The translations under genes and the position numbers were made by a program. Shown piece by piece: positions 1 to 13,837 of a DNA stretch of 64,000 nucleotides; the stretch's first letter is position 1; each line of letters starts with the position of its first letter. The notes below the pieces were generated by a model, which did no database searches, was not told where the DNA came from, and saw only the letters and a program-made list of their open reading frames with translations. This DNA comes from Tricharina praecox (taxonomy: Eukaryota), in the NCBI RefSeq assembly GCF_024521635.1, contig NW_026250447.1, positions 1-64,000 of the forward strand, read 5' to 3'.

Positions 1-618
1 GGCGATAGCTATCGCCAGACTAGGCTGGCGGCGCGAAGGCTGGAAGGCTGACTCTGTGGAGAAGCCATGGACAATGCTAAGCAGCCACGAAGAAAATGAG
101 GGCAGTATTCAAAAGGACGGTGGAAAGTAGCAGTGACACCGGGACAGGCAATGGGACGCATAATACCAACAAAGACCATCAATATTCAATATCAATATCA
201 ACATTCAATATCAATACCAATAATAAATACAACCCATAGGGCCTATACAAAGCCGAGAAGTCAGTCCTACCACTGTCCCAAAAACACACAAACACACCAG
301 CCCGAACATTGAACATAAAATCCAGATATCCCCCCGTCTCGCACGCATATCCTCGCCTTTTTTGTTCTCCAGTCCCCATCCATCCATCAATCCATCCATC
401 CATAACTATCGTCACAAGAAATAAACATAAACAGGTAAAAAGTAAGTATGTAGGCAGAAGAAACAAGACTATCCTCGAGCATCCACGTCGTCGTCGTCGG
501 CGCACCATGTATGTACCCAATCCAATCGTACACTCAAATCAAACCACAATCCACAAGCAATTACATCCCGAACTCCGTACCCCACCAGCCCCCTCGTCCA
601 CCCGCTATTCCCACGCGG

Positions 619-3600
619 CTAAACAAACAACCAATCCCTGCCTCCCTTCTCCAGCAGCGTCCAGCCCCTCTCTCCACCCGCATCCCCGCGCTCCCAAATA
701 TCCTCCAACACGATCCCCGCATTCTTAATATTTCCCTGCGGCAATACCTCCCACAGCCTCCCGAGCTGTGTCCTCGTCCACGCGCGCTCCTCGGTACTAT
801 GCGCGCCCGTCCCCGCCACAAAAACGGGCCACACCGCGCCCTTCAGGAAGAGACTGCGGTCCTGCAGCGCGGCGATATGTCGTCGCAGCTCTGCATGGTA
901 GGGGGCGATGGCGTCGCGCGTCGTGACGAGCGGGAACAGCGTTTCCACCGCGTAGACGCGGGCGGCGCAGCGGTAGGCGTGCACCAGGTGCGATAGCGCC
1001 GGGGAGTCAGCGGCGTCGATGTCGGTGCGGGCGGCGACGTAGGTTGCGGCGGAGAAGCTATCGATGCGGGCGAGGAGCGCGCGCGCGGTGGAGAGGAAGT
1101 CGCATGCGTCTGAGGGGGGGTGCGTGCGCGCCCGTGGCTTGAGCAGCGTGACTGCGTGGATCGTCTCGAGGAGCTCGGCCGGGCACCCGAGGAAGTTGTG
1201 GGCTTCGCCTTCGCGGAGGACTGCGAGGAACTCCGGGATGTCTTGGTCGAACACGCTGGGTTGCGAGGTCGCGGAGAAGGCGAGTGTGCGGCCGATGATG
1301 TCGACGAGGGTTACGTGGTTCATGAAGATGCGGAGCATCGCGGAGGTGTTCTCCGGGAGGGAGTCGAGCGCCAGGCATTCCTGGATCAGCCGGCGCGCGC
1401 CGCGAAGGTGGATCTTCCACGTGTTGAGCCCGCCGTCGAGCGTCTCGAAGAAGATGAAGAGCATCACGACGGCAAGCGTAGGCTCCGTTAGGATCCCCTT
1501 GGTGCCGAGGCGCTGCAGGTCCTGTGACAGGTGCGCGAACGATAGGCCCTTGTACGGGAGGTGCTTGGCGACGGACGTGTTGGTCAGATTTGAGTGGTGG
1601 CGCGCGGCGACGGCGAGGATGCCGTTGAGCAGCGCGGGATGGTGCGCCGCCGCGGGCATCAGATGGCGATAGGGGTTGTCGGACACGCGATCAAAGAGCA
1701 CAAAGTCGCGGGCGACACGGTCCTCGACTGCGAACGTTAGAGACAGGTACGCACAGTAGGCCGTAGATTGAAGTCACATACAGTACTGCATGTAGAAACG
1801 CGCTTCCGGGTTGAGATGTCCGAACGGCGAACCCTGACTCGGGGGTATCTGCAATGTGAGCGTCAACTCTCCTGGCACGCCCATCTCTGCTGGCGCCGCC
1901 GACAGCTGCATCATCGGCCGGGCCACTGTCGTGTCCGGGCCGCAGTGATTGCTGCTGCTGACGACGCACAGATCCTCATTGTCGTCGTCATCCGCCTCCC
2001 GCTTGACCGGAGTCCGGGGGGCGGCAATGGACAACGGCGTGAGCGGCGCCACCGGAGAAACCGGCGTATTCGGTAGCGTCGGCGACACGATGGTGGCAGC
2101 CTTTGCCTCATGTATTTTCTTTCTCTGCGCGGCGGTCTTTCCCGCCGTCGTCGCCGTCGCCGTCGCAGTCGGCGGCGACTTCTTGACGGCCGCAGTAGTA
2201 TTACTCGTAGTCGCTGGAGTAGGAAACGTCTTGCCCATCATCTTGCCACGGGACGCAACGCCCTTGTTCCACACCAGCGGCTTCTTGTAGCCTAGACATT
2301 CGAGCTTGGTACGCTCACACTTTGCGCACAGCGGCAGCTGGCGGTCGCACTTGACGCGTCGCCGCCGGCAGGTGTAGCAGTCGACATTCGACGTGGCACC
2401 GCAGCCGGCGGCGGTGGTGGCGGCGGCGGCGGGCAGGGGGGGAACCACCACCACCACGGCGGGTGGGGGGGCTGACGGGAACGACAGTTGGTGGTGGTGG
2501 GGTTGACGGCCGTGCGCGGGCTTTTGTGCAGTTGTTGGTGTTGTTGTTGTAGCTGGCGACGCTTTGGGATTTGCGAGGGACCGACGGGGCGCTGAAGCGA
2601 GTGGTGATGTGGATGTCGTCGGCGTCGGCGGCGACTCGCGATCGGACGACGGCGGCGGCGAGTCGGTGCACGAGAACCCGGCGGCCGACGACGGCGTGCG
2701 TGATGCAGAGCGGGAGTCGAGTAGGAGTGACATGTGCCCCATAAAATATAACGGTTGGCCGGGTGCGGAATTGTTGTTGCTTTTGCTGGCGGTGTCTCTG
2801 GTGGTGGTGTAGTGGAGGGCGTTATGGTTGGTGTGGGGTATGATGTCGTGCGGATGGCGTTGCGACAGCTGCTGTGAATGCGGGTGCTGCTCCACGTTGG
2901 GGTAATTCGAGGCCCTGCCTGCTCCTGTTCCTCCTCCTCCTCCTCCTCTGGCAGTGCCCGTACTGCTGGCTGCGGAATTGGTGGAGCACGAGTTGCCTCC
3001 TCCTCCTCCTCCTCCTCGACCTCTTCTCCCCCCTCGGATGTCCTGCTTCCAGGGGGCGATCGACAGGCCAGAATAGCCAGAATACACGATATACTGGTGC
3101 TCGCCCGAAGCGGAAGCTGCGGGTGAATAAGCTACGCTGGGGCAGTCACTACCGCCGCCACTGCCGCAGTGGATCCCTGAAGTTGGCGACGGGGAAGGAG
3201 TTGGAACGTGACCGCCGTGGTTGTGAGGGTAATATTGGTGGTTATGGTTGTGGTGGTCGCTGTTGCGTATCGCCGCCTCGCCGTGGCCGCCAAAAGGAGT
3301 CCAAGAGGGATGTGAAGAAAAGCAGGGCTCCGACGACGACCCTCTTCGCTCGAAGGTCCCACCACCACCAGCACCAACAGCAACCGGAATCGAAACCCTG
3401 TGGCTGTGGCCCAGGCCGGGGTCGGAGTACTCCGACGAGCGTGACAGCGGGGACGACCTTGACCACGAATGTGTGCGGATAGCTGCTTTGACTTCCGGCT
3501 CGCGCTGCTCTGCCTTGACCGCCGCTCTCTGTGCCTGTGCGTCGAACGGATGGGTGAAGAAGTAGTGGTTTTTTGTGTGTACGTCCCCTGCTGCCGCTGC

Positions 3601-4356
3601 TAGGGACCGCTGGTAGTGGTTGAGGTCGTGGTCGTGGTGGTCGTGGTGGTGGTGTTGCGACGAAACAGATGACCCTGCTGACGGCGACGATAGTTCTTCA
3701 CCCAGGCCCGGAAATTGACGGAGGGCGTGTACCTGTGCTTGTGCCTGTACCTGGGTGTGGGCCTCGTTGGTGTTGGTGTTGGTGTTGGTGTTCTCGTTCC
3801 CGCTCCCGCTCCCATTCTCGTGGTATTCCCTCTTCACGGAAAACCGGTGGAGTGGATCACGATCGATATTATCACCGCCGCTACTGGGAACGGACCGTCC
3901 AGGGGAGACGGCGGGAGAGAGTTGCTGTTGTTGGTGCTGTTGGTGGTGCTGCTCACGTTGCAACTTTTCTTCCGAACGTAGTAACGTGCTCGAGAACATC
4001 ACCCGTGGGGACAATGACTGGGGGAAATAGGAGGAGGAGGAGTATGACGAGGAGGAGGACGAGGTGGGCGAGGTGGAGGAGGAGAGTATGGAGCAGGCGG
4101 AAAGGGGGGGTGAGGGAATCAAAGGGAACTTTGAGGGGGGACAACCAAACGAGTCGGCGGCGGTGACACTCTGCTGCTGTTGGGGCCAACAAGCCCACGG
4201 GGACTGGTCCGCAGTGGCCATAAGATGGTGAAGCCGCTGCTCTTGCTGTTGTCGGTATCGTTGTCTGTGGTGTTGCTGGTCCTGCTCTGCTCTCGATGGT
4301 CGTCCTACGTCGTTCCATCCATGATCGGCGGAATGCTGGATATATGGGACCGCCAT
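619..4356 (-). CDS. Zn(II)2Cys6 transcription factor with Fungal_trans_2-type C-terminal domain (Acr-2-like); 2 exons
   Basis: CYTCRRRRVKCDRQLPLCAKCERTKLECLGYKKPLVWNKGVASRGKMMGK at ~2296-2380. Intron 1781-1728 (GTATGT...CTAAC...CAG) joins FYMQY to FEDRVARDFVLFD. Exon 2 has the typical NPYR, FLGCP and WPVFVAG blocks; stop TAG at 619. The start codon is uncertain (first in-frame ATG 4356). Confidence 0.9.
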
Positions 4357-5319
4357 CGGGGGGTCGGGGTGGAGTGGAAGCCGGCCGAGGGCTGTTCTGT
4401 TTTCTCTCTCCGATCTCCCCTCGATTGCCTACTATCTCTGCTGCCTCCCGTGGAACTACAAGGAGTCGAGCTGGGTGAATAGGAATGCTCGAAGCTCAGC
4501 AAGTATCTAGTATGCCGGCGGTTGATTGGATTCGATAGACAGATTTGAATTGTTCGATTGCTATCTATCCAGGTATGTTGGCCGTGGTTGATTTGATATT
4601 GATATTGATATACTGGCAGTATCCCTCGACAATGGCTGAAATCCGTCTCGATATGTCTGATACACCCACAGCCGGTATTGTATGTGTGAAGGCTCGCTGT
4701 CTCTCGGTCTGGCTAAAACTGGAAGGAAGTGGTAACACGCGGCACAACCTGAGTATATAATAAATAACTACCATAACTACCAGCTGGCCCTTTCTTGCTT
4801 GATCTCAGATTCTAAGTAGCCGACATTACCTACCGTACAGACATCCGCACACATTACACTACAAAAGGAATATTTCGCACGGGCCTGCGCGGTTCGCATT
4901 TACCGATTTACCTACCGACCTTCACAAGCAAGGCTACTTATTTACTTTTCTGGCTGAGGCTGCCGCACATCTCTGTCATTAACGCTCACCCGCCTCGCCT
5001 CGCCTCATACCGAACGATGCAGCATCAACAGCCGGTGGCGGTTTCGAGTATGTAACTGATGTACGGTACGGACGGTACTTGGACTGTCTGTCCATGCCGA
5101 ATAAAAGAAGCAAGAAGAAAACACGCGGATACCGCGGACGCTCCGTCCACCTTCCTTAACCGCTCCATCTGCATTCAAAGCACTCGAAGCACTCGGCCAC
5201 GGACCTATCATGAACGAGTAAAAGAGTGAAAGAGCCGGACTCGCCTGTATGTATGATCATAGGGCAGCAAAAGCAAAAGGCAGCAAAATCAAAGGGCAGC
5301 AAAGCTATAGCAATGCAAT

Positions 5320-5392
5320 GGGCAGCAAAAGCAAAGCAAAAGCAAAAGCAAAAGCAAAGCAACAGTAAAGTAAAAGCAATGCAAAAGCAAAG
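5320..5392. repeat. (AAAGCA)n imperfect microsatellite
   Basis: Tandem gcaaaa units visible directly. Confidence 0.85.
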
Positions 5393-8300
5393 TAGTTAAA
5401 GCACTATGTATATAGAACGATTTCGAAAAAGAAAACTGGCTCGCTAGATATGTCGGCACAAGGATCTCTATGTCTCTCTCTCTGTGTGTCTGTGTGTGAT
5501 TGTGGGTATCACAGCATCACAACAGCATCCAGAATCCAGCAGCAGCATCCAGCATTACCCAGAGACACCGTCCGTCCGTTCACCCATCCGTCCGCTTCAG
5601 TCAGTCAGTCAGTCAGTCAGGTCAGTCTGGCTCGTTTTCCCACCGGCCACGGGCCACGATTGACGCAGTGGCGCCGGCTCTGGCGCTCGGGAGTCGTGGC
5701 GAGCCATTCACTTTCCTCCACGCGGACAAAGTGCCGAACGATGCACTACACACCACGCAATACGCACCACGAAATGCCCATTGCCAACTGCCTACTGGCA
5801 CGCGGAGGAGCAAATGGCGGTTGGCTCTATTCCTGGCTGAACCTGAACCTGAACGATCGTTCGGCAGTTTTGATACATACCGGTACATACCGGTACGCGG
5901 GAGAGTAGCGAGTAGTGGGCACAGACGTGCGGCTTGGTGTGCATGGAGAATGGGGATGGGGAGGTGATGGTGGAGGTGGTAGATGAGGTGGATGAGCAAG
6001 AGGAGAGACACGGAGATGGAGACACGGAGACACCCCCGAGGTCTCCAAAGGTTTCACGGTGCAGTGGCGGCGGATCAAACACGGAACGGATTACAGACAG
6101 AAAGCGGTGAACAGTTTCCACCGGCAAACATACTGGGCCCGGCCACCGAGCTGGTGGGAGGGGAGGGCAGGAATTGGATCTGACGACCGTAAGTATGCTC
6201 GAGGAGCTTCTGGATGAGCTTCTGTGTTTCCGCCGCACGGCTACATACCGACATATGTACCGACCTACCTACCGACCTACCCACCTACCGATCCACCGAG
6301 CGCTGGGCAGTGGTACTCGAAGCCACCCTGATCTCCACCGTCCCACCCACCACTAACCACACACGCACGCACGCACAAATCGATTAAACGAACGCCACGC
6401 CACGCTTCCCCGCAGCGTCTTCTTCAAATACTCATATACGCAGCACGCACCTCCCATACATGCATCCAGAGACAGACAAATACGCAGGAAGAGAAGAAAA
6501 GCACAAAACTGACTGACCGCACGCCCGAACGAAGGAATCTAATCCGTGCTACTATCCTTCGACGAGCTGGCACGGCTGTGCAGTGCAGGTGGCTTGCATG
6601 CTGGTGCCGTGGTCGATTTCACCATGGACTCCTCGAGACAGCTCCAGCTCCAGCTCCAGCTCACCTACAGCGTGATCTGATGTGATGTGATGTAATGATA
6701 TGTGATGTCCCTCCGTTTGTTTGATAGTTTGATGGTTTCACTGGGTTCGTTTGTGTCGAAGCTTCACGTGGTCGAATCTTCACTCGAAGGAGTCGTAGGA
6801 GTAGGAGTCGTAGGGGCTGGAGGATCAGGATGAGGAGTGATATATGGCCACGTGCTGCACTTTCATCACAGATTCACAGTTAGTTAATTGCTATTGATTA
6901 CGCTATTGATTAAAATCGACCAGAACGGCGGAGCTCGTGAGCTCCCCCTCCCTTCCCCTCACTCATGCATCAAACCAACCCAAGCGTGCCCACGGATTTC
7001 CATGATTCGTTCTTTGGTTCGTTTCTTGCCCTACCCACCACCACCACGACGGCGTTCTGCGAGCCTGGAAGCTGCAAGCTCGCCCACTGCACTCCACTGC
7101 ACTCCACTGCAGTTCTGTAGGTTATAGAAGCATGCATGCATCGCCAAAACCCAAAAACCCCAAACGTCCCAAAAGAGTGACCGGTGAACGAAAGAACGAT
7201 TCCGAACCCGCCCACGCACGCACCCACCCACCACCCAGCCATGCACGCACTCTTGTTTGCACTTGCGATCCGCCGCGATCTGTCGCGATCTGTGTGGTCG
7301 AAGGCTTGGGAAAATATGAAAAATAAAAGCGGGGAAGATCGGGAATGTCGTGAAAGCAGCAGCAGCAGCAAAGTGAAGCAAGGTGGAGCATGGTGGATAA
7401 ATGCTGCTCATAAAAAGTGCAATTGGCAATTGATGTCCGCTCGGTTGCGCTTACTGCTTTCATGCCAGCCGGGATTAAGTTCCGGAACGTGGAACGTACC
7501 GTGGGAGTCTGGGAGATCTACGATTCACCCTTGACTGCACACCGAGAGCTGAAGCTGGGTCGCCGGTGCTGAATGTTGACTTGAAAGTACCTGCTACCGG
7601 CGATCCTGCTATTGGATTGGGCGGGGGAGGGGTCCTGCAGCGTTGGCAATGCCTGGCAACTTGACAGATGGAGGGCGGGGGAAGGGTCTGGAGCTCCATG
7701 GACCGTGCTGGCTCGCCAGTCGCGATGGTTTGGATATTCCTTCTTGAAAGAAGGTTATTCTATCCCAACTATGGTTTAATCCTCACCGCACTCCACAAAC
7801 TTCAAAGTTTATGTCGGCCAAATCCCTCGTGAAATCCAGCCAGTCATTAAACCAGCCCAGCCAGACTATCACGGGCATGAGCAGTTTCAACGCCACTGGT
7901 CACGGCTGGCCACAGGTTCAGTACACACCACCGCAACAATGCGCCACCACATCCGCTCTTCCGAGACATCCAACCACTGCGGTGCCCAACTCTATGAGTA
8001 AACCGCTGGCAACACTGTCCCACTGTCCCACATCGTCCCTCCCAGAGTCCCAGCAGCAGCAGCAGCCAGCTCACCGCCCCGCTCTCCTGAATCCTTACCA
8101 CACTCCTCACCACCGTCAGCCCCGCCGCCCCAACACCCACCCACCTAGCCCACCCTCCCTCTCTCGTTTTCATGGATTACACCCATACCAACAATCACGA
8201 CATTAGATCACCACATCCCCGCCTTGCCAGGTCATATTCTGTTACACGGTGTATTTTCCCTTGGTAACGATTCTCGGCACGACCGAGACCGGCTGGACCG

Positions 8301-10866
8301 TGTTAGAGCAGGCAGTGGGCACTGGGTGGAGCCCTGATGACGGGTTTTGTTTTGTTTACTCATTGATTGTATACGACCTATCTAGGTTCTAGATAATGGT
8401 AATATAAAGCCTGATGACGGAGGTGGTGGTGGAGGTCGAGGTCTAGGTGGACTCTGGCCGAGTGATTTGGTGAGTGAGTGAGTGAGAGCGCACCCCGGTG
8501 TCAAGACTCGGGGGGTAGAGTCAAGAGGCTCGGTTACTGTGAATATGGCGTTGATCAGGCGTGCGGAGGCGGGATGGAGTCGCTGGGGTGCAGGAGACAT
8601 GCTGAAGGGGTGTGAGGTAGTAGATAAAGGTGGATACAGGTAGATATAGCTGTAGAATTGGGAGGGTGGGAATGTCAGTGGGAGCTGGGCACTGGGCACT
8701 AGGCAGCTCTCCTGCTGGCAGCTCTCGCTTCAAACTTCATACCTGAGGGTATGGGGGTATGAGGGTACCTACGGAAGTGATCCCTCGCGCTCAGAGGGGG
8801 TACACGCGAACTCGTACGCTCTGTTCTTCCAACTGCCAGCGTTCGAGACATCGGTGTCGGTGTCGGTTTCGGTGTTGGTGCAACAATGCGGAATGCAGCA
8901 GATTTTGTCTGGGACGTGGAAACATGTTCAGCTCGTACAGTTAACACCAACAGCGACACCGAGCATGTCATGATTCATCTCTGGAATATTTATACCCCAG
9001 TCACCCGCCTAGGCCCGTCCAGTATCGCCGTACCCCAGTGTATGGAGTAAATCCATACATCCCATACATCCCAGGGAGTGGATAAATGGATAAGTGGATC
9101 GAGCAACCCGGTCCTGGGCAAGTACTATTCATAAATAAGCATAAATTCTCTAGATATCTAGATATCGGACGTTGTTGACGGTTGACCACCTACATACCTG
9201 GCAGTTATTCCCCGGGTAATATGTACCGGTAACTGCGGTCCCCGGCTCGCTGGACGCTGGGGAATGCGCTAGATACGGTAGTTGAACAACTGCAAGTCTG
9301 CAACTGCAACTGCAAGGGACAACGCAGCGGCTGAGTCCTCAGGACTCGTTCGTGGCTGTATGAATAGTGGCAGCAAGTCTCGAATCCGCCTTCGCTAGAT
9401 ATCACCGTATGTATGTATGTACATACAGCGCGCTGCGCGCGGCGTGATCTCCGCAGTACTGGTAGGTACGCCAGAGCCGGTCTCACCATCAATGCGGCCA
9501 GCTAACGGAGCAAGTGTGAGCCGAACCGTCAACTACCTAGGTGCCGTATCGGCGAGATTGTCGTGCCGCAATACGCATGCAGACGCGACGACGTTACCGC
9601 AGTGACTCCACGCCTCACTCGCCGCGGTCTGCCCGGCCTTCGCCAGTCTTCCGTGGTTGGGGGGTGCTTGAGGATGCTGGGGAATCCCAAAGACCATGCG
9701 GTATTGCACAAGTGCGATGCAAGCAGTTGGCTGAAGATTATCACGTGACCATGATCCACCTTTCGAGTCTTTGGCACGGCGACTCCAGTGATGTTCGATA
9801 TTCCGCGGGCGCTAGGTTGAAGGTTTGTCGCAAGTTACTCCCTCCCCGCGCTATCCGTGAGAGTAGCTCCTCGGCTATTTAGCGTCGTTTGACTCCGAGC
9901 CACTGGAACGGCCGGCAGCGACCCACTGCAGGATCCGGCACCGGCGTGTCCCAGTCTCCAGACCGTCAGCGCAGCCTTCGCCGCTGATGGTGAAATTCTC
10001 AGTCTGGCCGGCTTCGTCGCCAGTGGTGGGATGGTACCTAGGTGTGAGGCCGTTAGTTGAGGTGCGAGGAGGAGAGGGAGACTTATGATAGGGTTTTTTT
10101 TCCGGAGGGTTGTGACGTAGCCCGGGAAGGGAACGGCGAAGGTGAAGAATGAAGGAGCAGTTGAGGTTCTACTAAAGTTTGAATATGGCTCACCTCTACT
10201 GCTACATACAACTTTGAGGACCCTCACTCTCTCCGACGTTCAGGGCCACCCGATCCGGCTAGCCACTCCTTCTATCTTATCTCATCCATCTAGCCTATAC
10301 ATCGCTCCTCTCATAGCACGTGGTGGTAGACAACACCATGTGTGTGAATCAATCTTCACAAACATGTGGCAACGCGTTAGCCTTCTTAGTATCTATTCAG
10401 GCGCGAGTACTAGGTGGCGTTACTATATCGGTTCCCTCCCGCGCATCCACAGGCGCCGGCTGATGATGCTGAACAACAATGAGTTTTCACAACGAAAACA
10501 CAAGTCATCAGGGCCGGGAAGAGGTCGATTGGATAGATGGCTACTACTGGGCCCAACGGTGCAGTCCGGAGATCGGTATAATATTACTCACATCAATGGA
10601 ATCATGTACATATCACTCGATACTTGGCATCGTTCATGCTTCAGTCCGTCGCTAGATTCCTAGATAGAAGTATGTAGTATCTAGATGGAGTAGCATAGAT
10701 TCACAGACCACGAAGCGAGAATGCTCGTCCAGTCGAGAGTCCATGACAGCTACCCCTCATTGAGCGCTGTGGATATCTCTTGGGGACCTGACGGATGAAG
10801 AATATCTAGGCGGAAGCTCCTCTTTGCACTTCATTTCTTCTCTCCCATCAATTGCTGAATGAATCC

Positions 10867-10916
10867 CTTCTTCTTCTTCTTCTTCTTCTTCTTCTTCTTC
10901 TTCTTCTTCTTCTTCT
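10867..10916. repeat. (CTT)16 microsatellite upstream of the PBY1-like gene
   Basis: Perfect trinucleotide run. Confidence 0.95.
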
Positions 10917-11165
10917 GTGAACTCACATTCCTGTGATTTGAATCGACCTTTCGTTGGTTACTTCACAGTGAATCACTAACAAGAAACACTCGCCACTCAC
11001 AGTGCGCCACACTGCGCCACAAAGACCAGGGCTGAGAAATGTGGGGTAATCTCGATAAGTAGCTCTCAACTTCCAGGCACCCACCACTGCGAACTCTCGA
11101 CCCGAGGGCTCCCCACCGTCACTTCACCAGCCTGCAACACTGCTCACCCCCCATTCGCCTCTAAG

Positions 11166-13837
11166 ATGCACGTCCTCGTACGCACCCCATCCCCCCAATT
11201 CTCCTGTTTCCACTCACCCAATCCAGATTGTGAACGACGATGGCCCGCCCTCTCAAGTCTCCTCCCCATACGTCCACTCGTTCATTAGCGAACTCCAGGT
11301 GATCGGCGCTACCGTCTCTGTCGTCCTTCCCCACACCCAGCGCAGCTGGATCGGCAAGGCTCACCTCGTTGGTAAGACCGTGACGCCGACGTACTTCAGA
11401 CCAGGAACGCTCCACACGGACGACGGAACGACGCATGATCGTCCGCGCTCCGAGGGAGACGACGGCGAGGAGTGGATCCTTGTCGATGGCACCCCGGCGA
11501 GCTGTGCTCAGATCGGAATCCACCACTACTTCAAGGAGAAGGGACCGATCGATCTGGTTGTCAGCGGGTGAGTGCGAGTGTGCCGGGGATGTGGGGAACG
11601 AGGAGAGGATGTTGACGGGAACGCGGTGCAGGCCCAACTACGGACGGAATTCGACGGCGCTTTTTGCTCTGTCTTCCGGAACCGTCGGTGGTGCGATGGA
11701 GGCTGCGGTCTGCGGAAAGCGCGCCATCGCCCTGTCGTACGCGTTCTTCAATCGCAATCACGACCCGGTGATCATCAAGGGTGCGTCGGTCGCCGCGGTC
11801 AAGGTGGTCAAATACCTCCACGAGAACTGGAAGGAGGGTGTGGACCTCTACTCTGTCAACGTCCCACTGCTGGAGGGCATCGAAAGCCCTGCTACAAAGA
11901 TACTCTACACGCACATGTTGCAGAACTACTGGGCGTCTGGCAGTTCTTTCGAGCCGGTGGACGCGGAAGATGAGTTGTCACCCGAGGAGAGCGAGGCGAT
12001 GATCCGAGAGAAGGGCGAGCAGGGCAAAGAGGTCGACGCACTGTCCGCAGAGACGAAGCCGAAGACCGGGCTTAGACACCAGAAGTTCAAGTGGGCACCA
12101 CGGTTCCATGACGTGTACGCCTCCGTCGAGACCTCGGAGCCTGGAAACGACGGATGGGCGGTAGCCAAGGGACACATCAGGTACTATCGCTCATCATACT
12201 CCTTTGTTGCCTGTCATGACGGTGCCGAATCTGACGGGCGTGCGAGAATAGCATTACACCTCTCAAGGCGAACTTCATGCACGGCGGTGAGGATCTCATC
12301 GGCACTGAGTTACACCTGTAAGTGCGGCTTAGAAGGGGAATCGTCAGCATTAATCTCTGTTCAAGCGACTCACTTTCTCGTCTTTTCTCGTATTCTTTCC
12401 TTTTTCTCTCTGTGATTGACTTGTATGATTTTCATTCTCGTAGTGGCAACGGGAAAGATGAATCTACTACATTGGAAGCTAGCACCGAGAAACTCAGTCT
12501 TACGGAGCACGGCCCAAACGTATGTGCTCTCGTTGACTACGAAGACGCTTATGTAGAGCCCAAGATCCTCGCCGCACTACGGAAACACATTCCCTCCATC
12601 AGTACCGTAACGGATGCCTCGGAACTACCCAAAGACGCAAAGGTAGTGAATTGGTCTGCATACGAGAAGATACCCTTCGAGCAGCTCATGGAGAAGCCAG
12701 AAAGCATGTTGTGCTGCTCCTATATCATCCGGTAATCCCACTCCCCTCCCCCGAATTCTTTCATCCGCCATCCTCACGATAACCAGCAAAGCCCTGATCC
12801 GCAAACACCACCTCGCGCTCACAGTGCGGCATCACGTCGCCAAAAACCCCAGCTCAATCCTGAGCTCCACTTTCCCACTCACCTGCGACTTCGAACTGGA
12901 CTTCGCCGAGTTCTTGGACGAAGCACTAATGGAAGCGTACGAAGTAGCTGACTCCCTCTCCCGCAACGAAGCGGACGACAAACCCGCCTCGGAGCGCGAA
13001 TGGTGGATCCTGAAGCCGGGGATGTCCGACCGGGGGCAGGGGATACGGCTCTTCAGCACGACGGAGGAGCTGACCGAGATATTCGAGAGCTTCGATGAAG
13101 ACTCCGACGACGAAGAAGACGATGAGGAGCAGGAGGAGCGGGAGGGCGACACGTCGGTGGTCACCAGCCAGCTGCGACACTTTGTTGCGCAGAAATATGT
13201 GCACCCGCCGCTGCTCATCGATAATCGCAAGTTCCACATCAGGACGTACGTCCTCGCCGTCGGCGGCCTGCGCGTGTTTGTCTACAAACCAATGTTGGCG
13301 CTGTTCGCCGCGAAGGAGTATTCGCCGCCGTGGGAGAGCGCCGAGGATCTGGCGGCGCATCTGACGAATACGTGCTTGCAGAGCGGCGAGAGGGAGGGCA
13401 GTGTAAGGACTTTCTGGGAGCTGAAGGAGCTTGCCGAGAAAGACGCCACCGACATATGGGAGAAGATCTGTAAAACGGTGGCGGAGACATTTGAGGGCGC
13501 GGCGAGAGGACAGAGAGTCCATTTCCAGGTACCGCTCCCCCCCAACCCTCCCTTCATCCTACCAGACTAACGGAAATAGACCCTCCCAAACGCCTTTGAG
13601 ATCTTTGGAGTCGACTTTGTAGTCGCTGCGGACATGAGCGTGTCACTGCTGGAGGTCAACTCATATCCTGACTTCAAGCAGACCGGCGACGATCTCGGCG
13701 CGGTTATTGAGGGGCTACTGGAGGAGACGGTGAAGATTGCTGTTGCGCCGTTCTTTGGTGTGACTGCGGAGCAGGAAGTGGAGAAGGAGGGAAGCGGGAT
13801 GGTGAAGGTGCTGGATATCGGTCTCGGAAGCTTTTAA
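11166..13837 (+). CDS. PBY1: SurE-like phosphatase / tubulin-tyrosine-ligase-like ATP-grasp fusion (Pby1 family); 7 exons
   Basis: SurE motifs MHVL|IVNDDGPP, DGTPASC and VVSG|PNYGRN...SSGTVGGAMEA. TTL motifs WWILKPGMSDRGQGIRLF, RKFHIRTYV, AHLTNTC, FGVDF and LLEVNSYPDF. Introns 11178-11226, 11568-11631, 12181-12251, 12318-12443, 12732-12786 and 13529-13579 are all GT-AG and frame-preserving. Confidence 0.92.

Noticed and set aside
7811..8206. 131-aa Pro/Gln/His-rich ORF
   Set aside because: There is no domain or convincing splice continuation; it cannot be supported without expression data.
11166..13837. SurE-TTL domain fusion as a novelty
   Set aside because: This is the established architecture of fungal Pby1.
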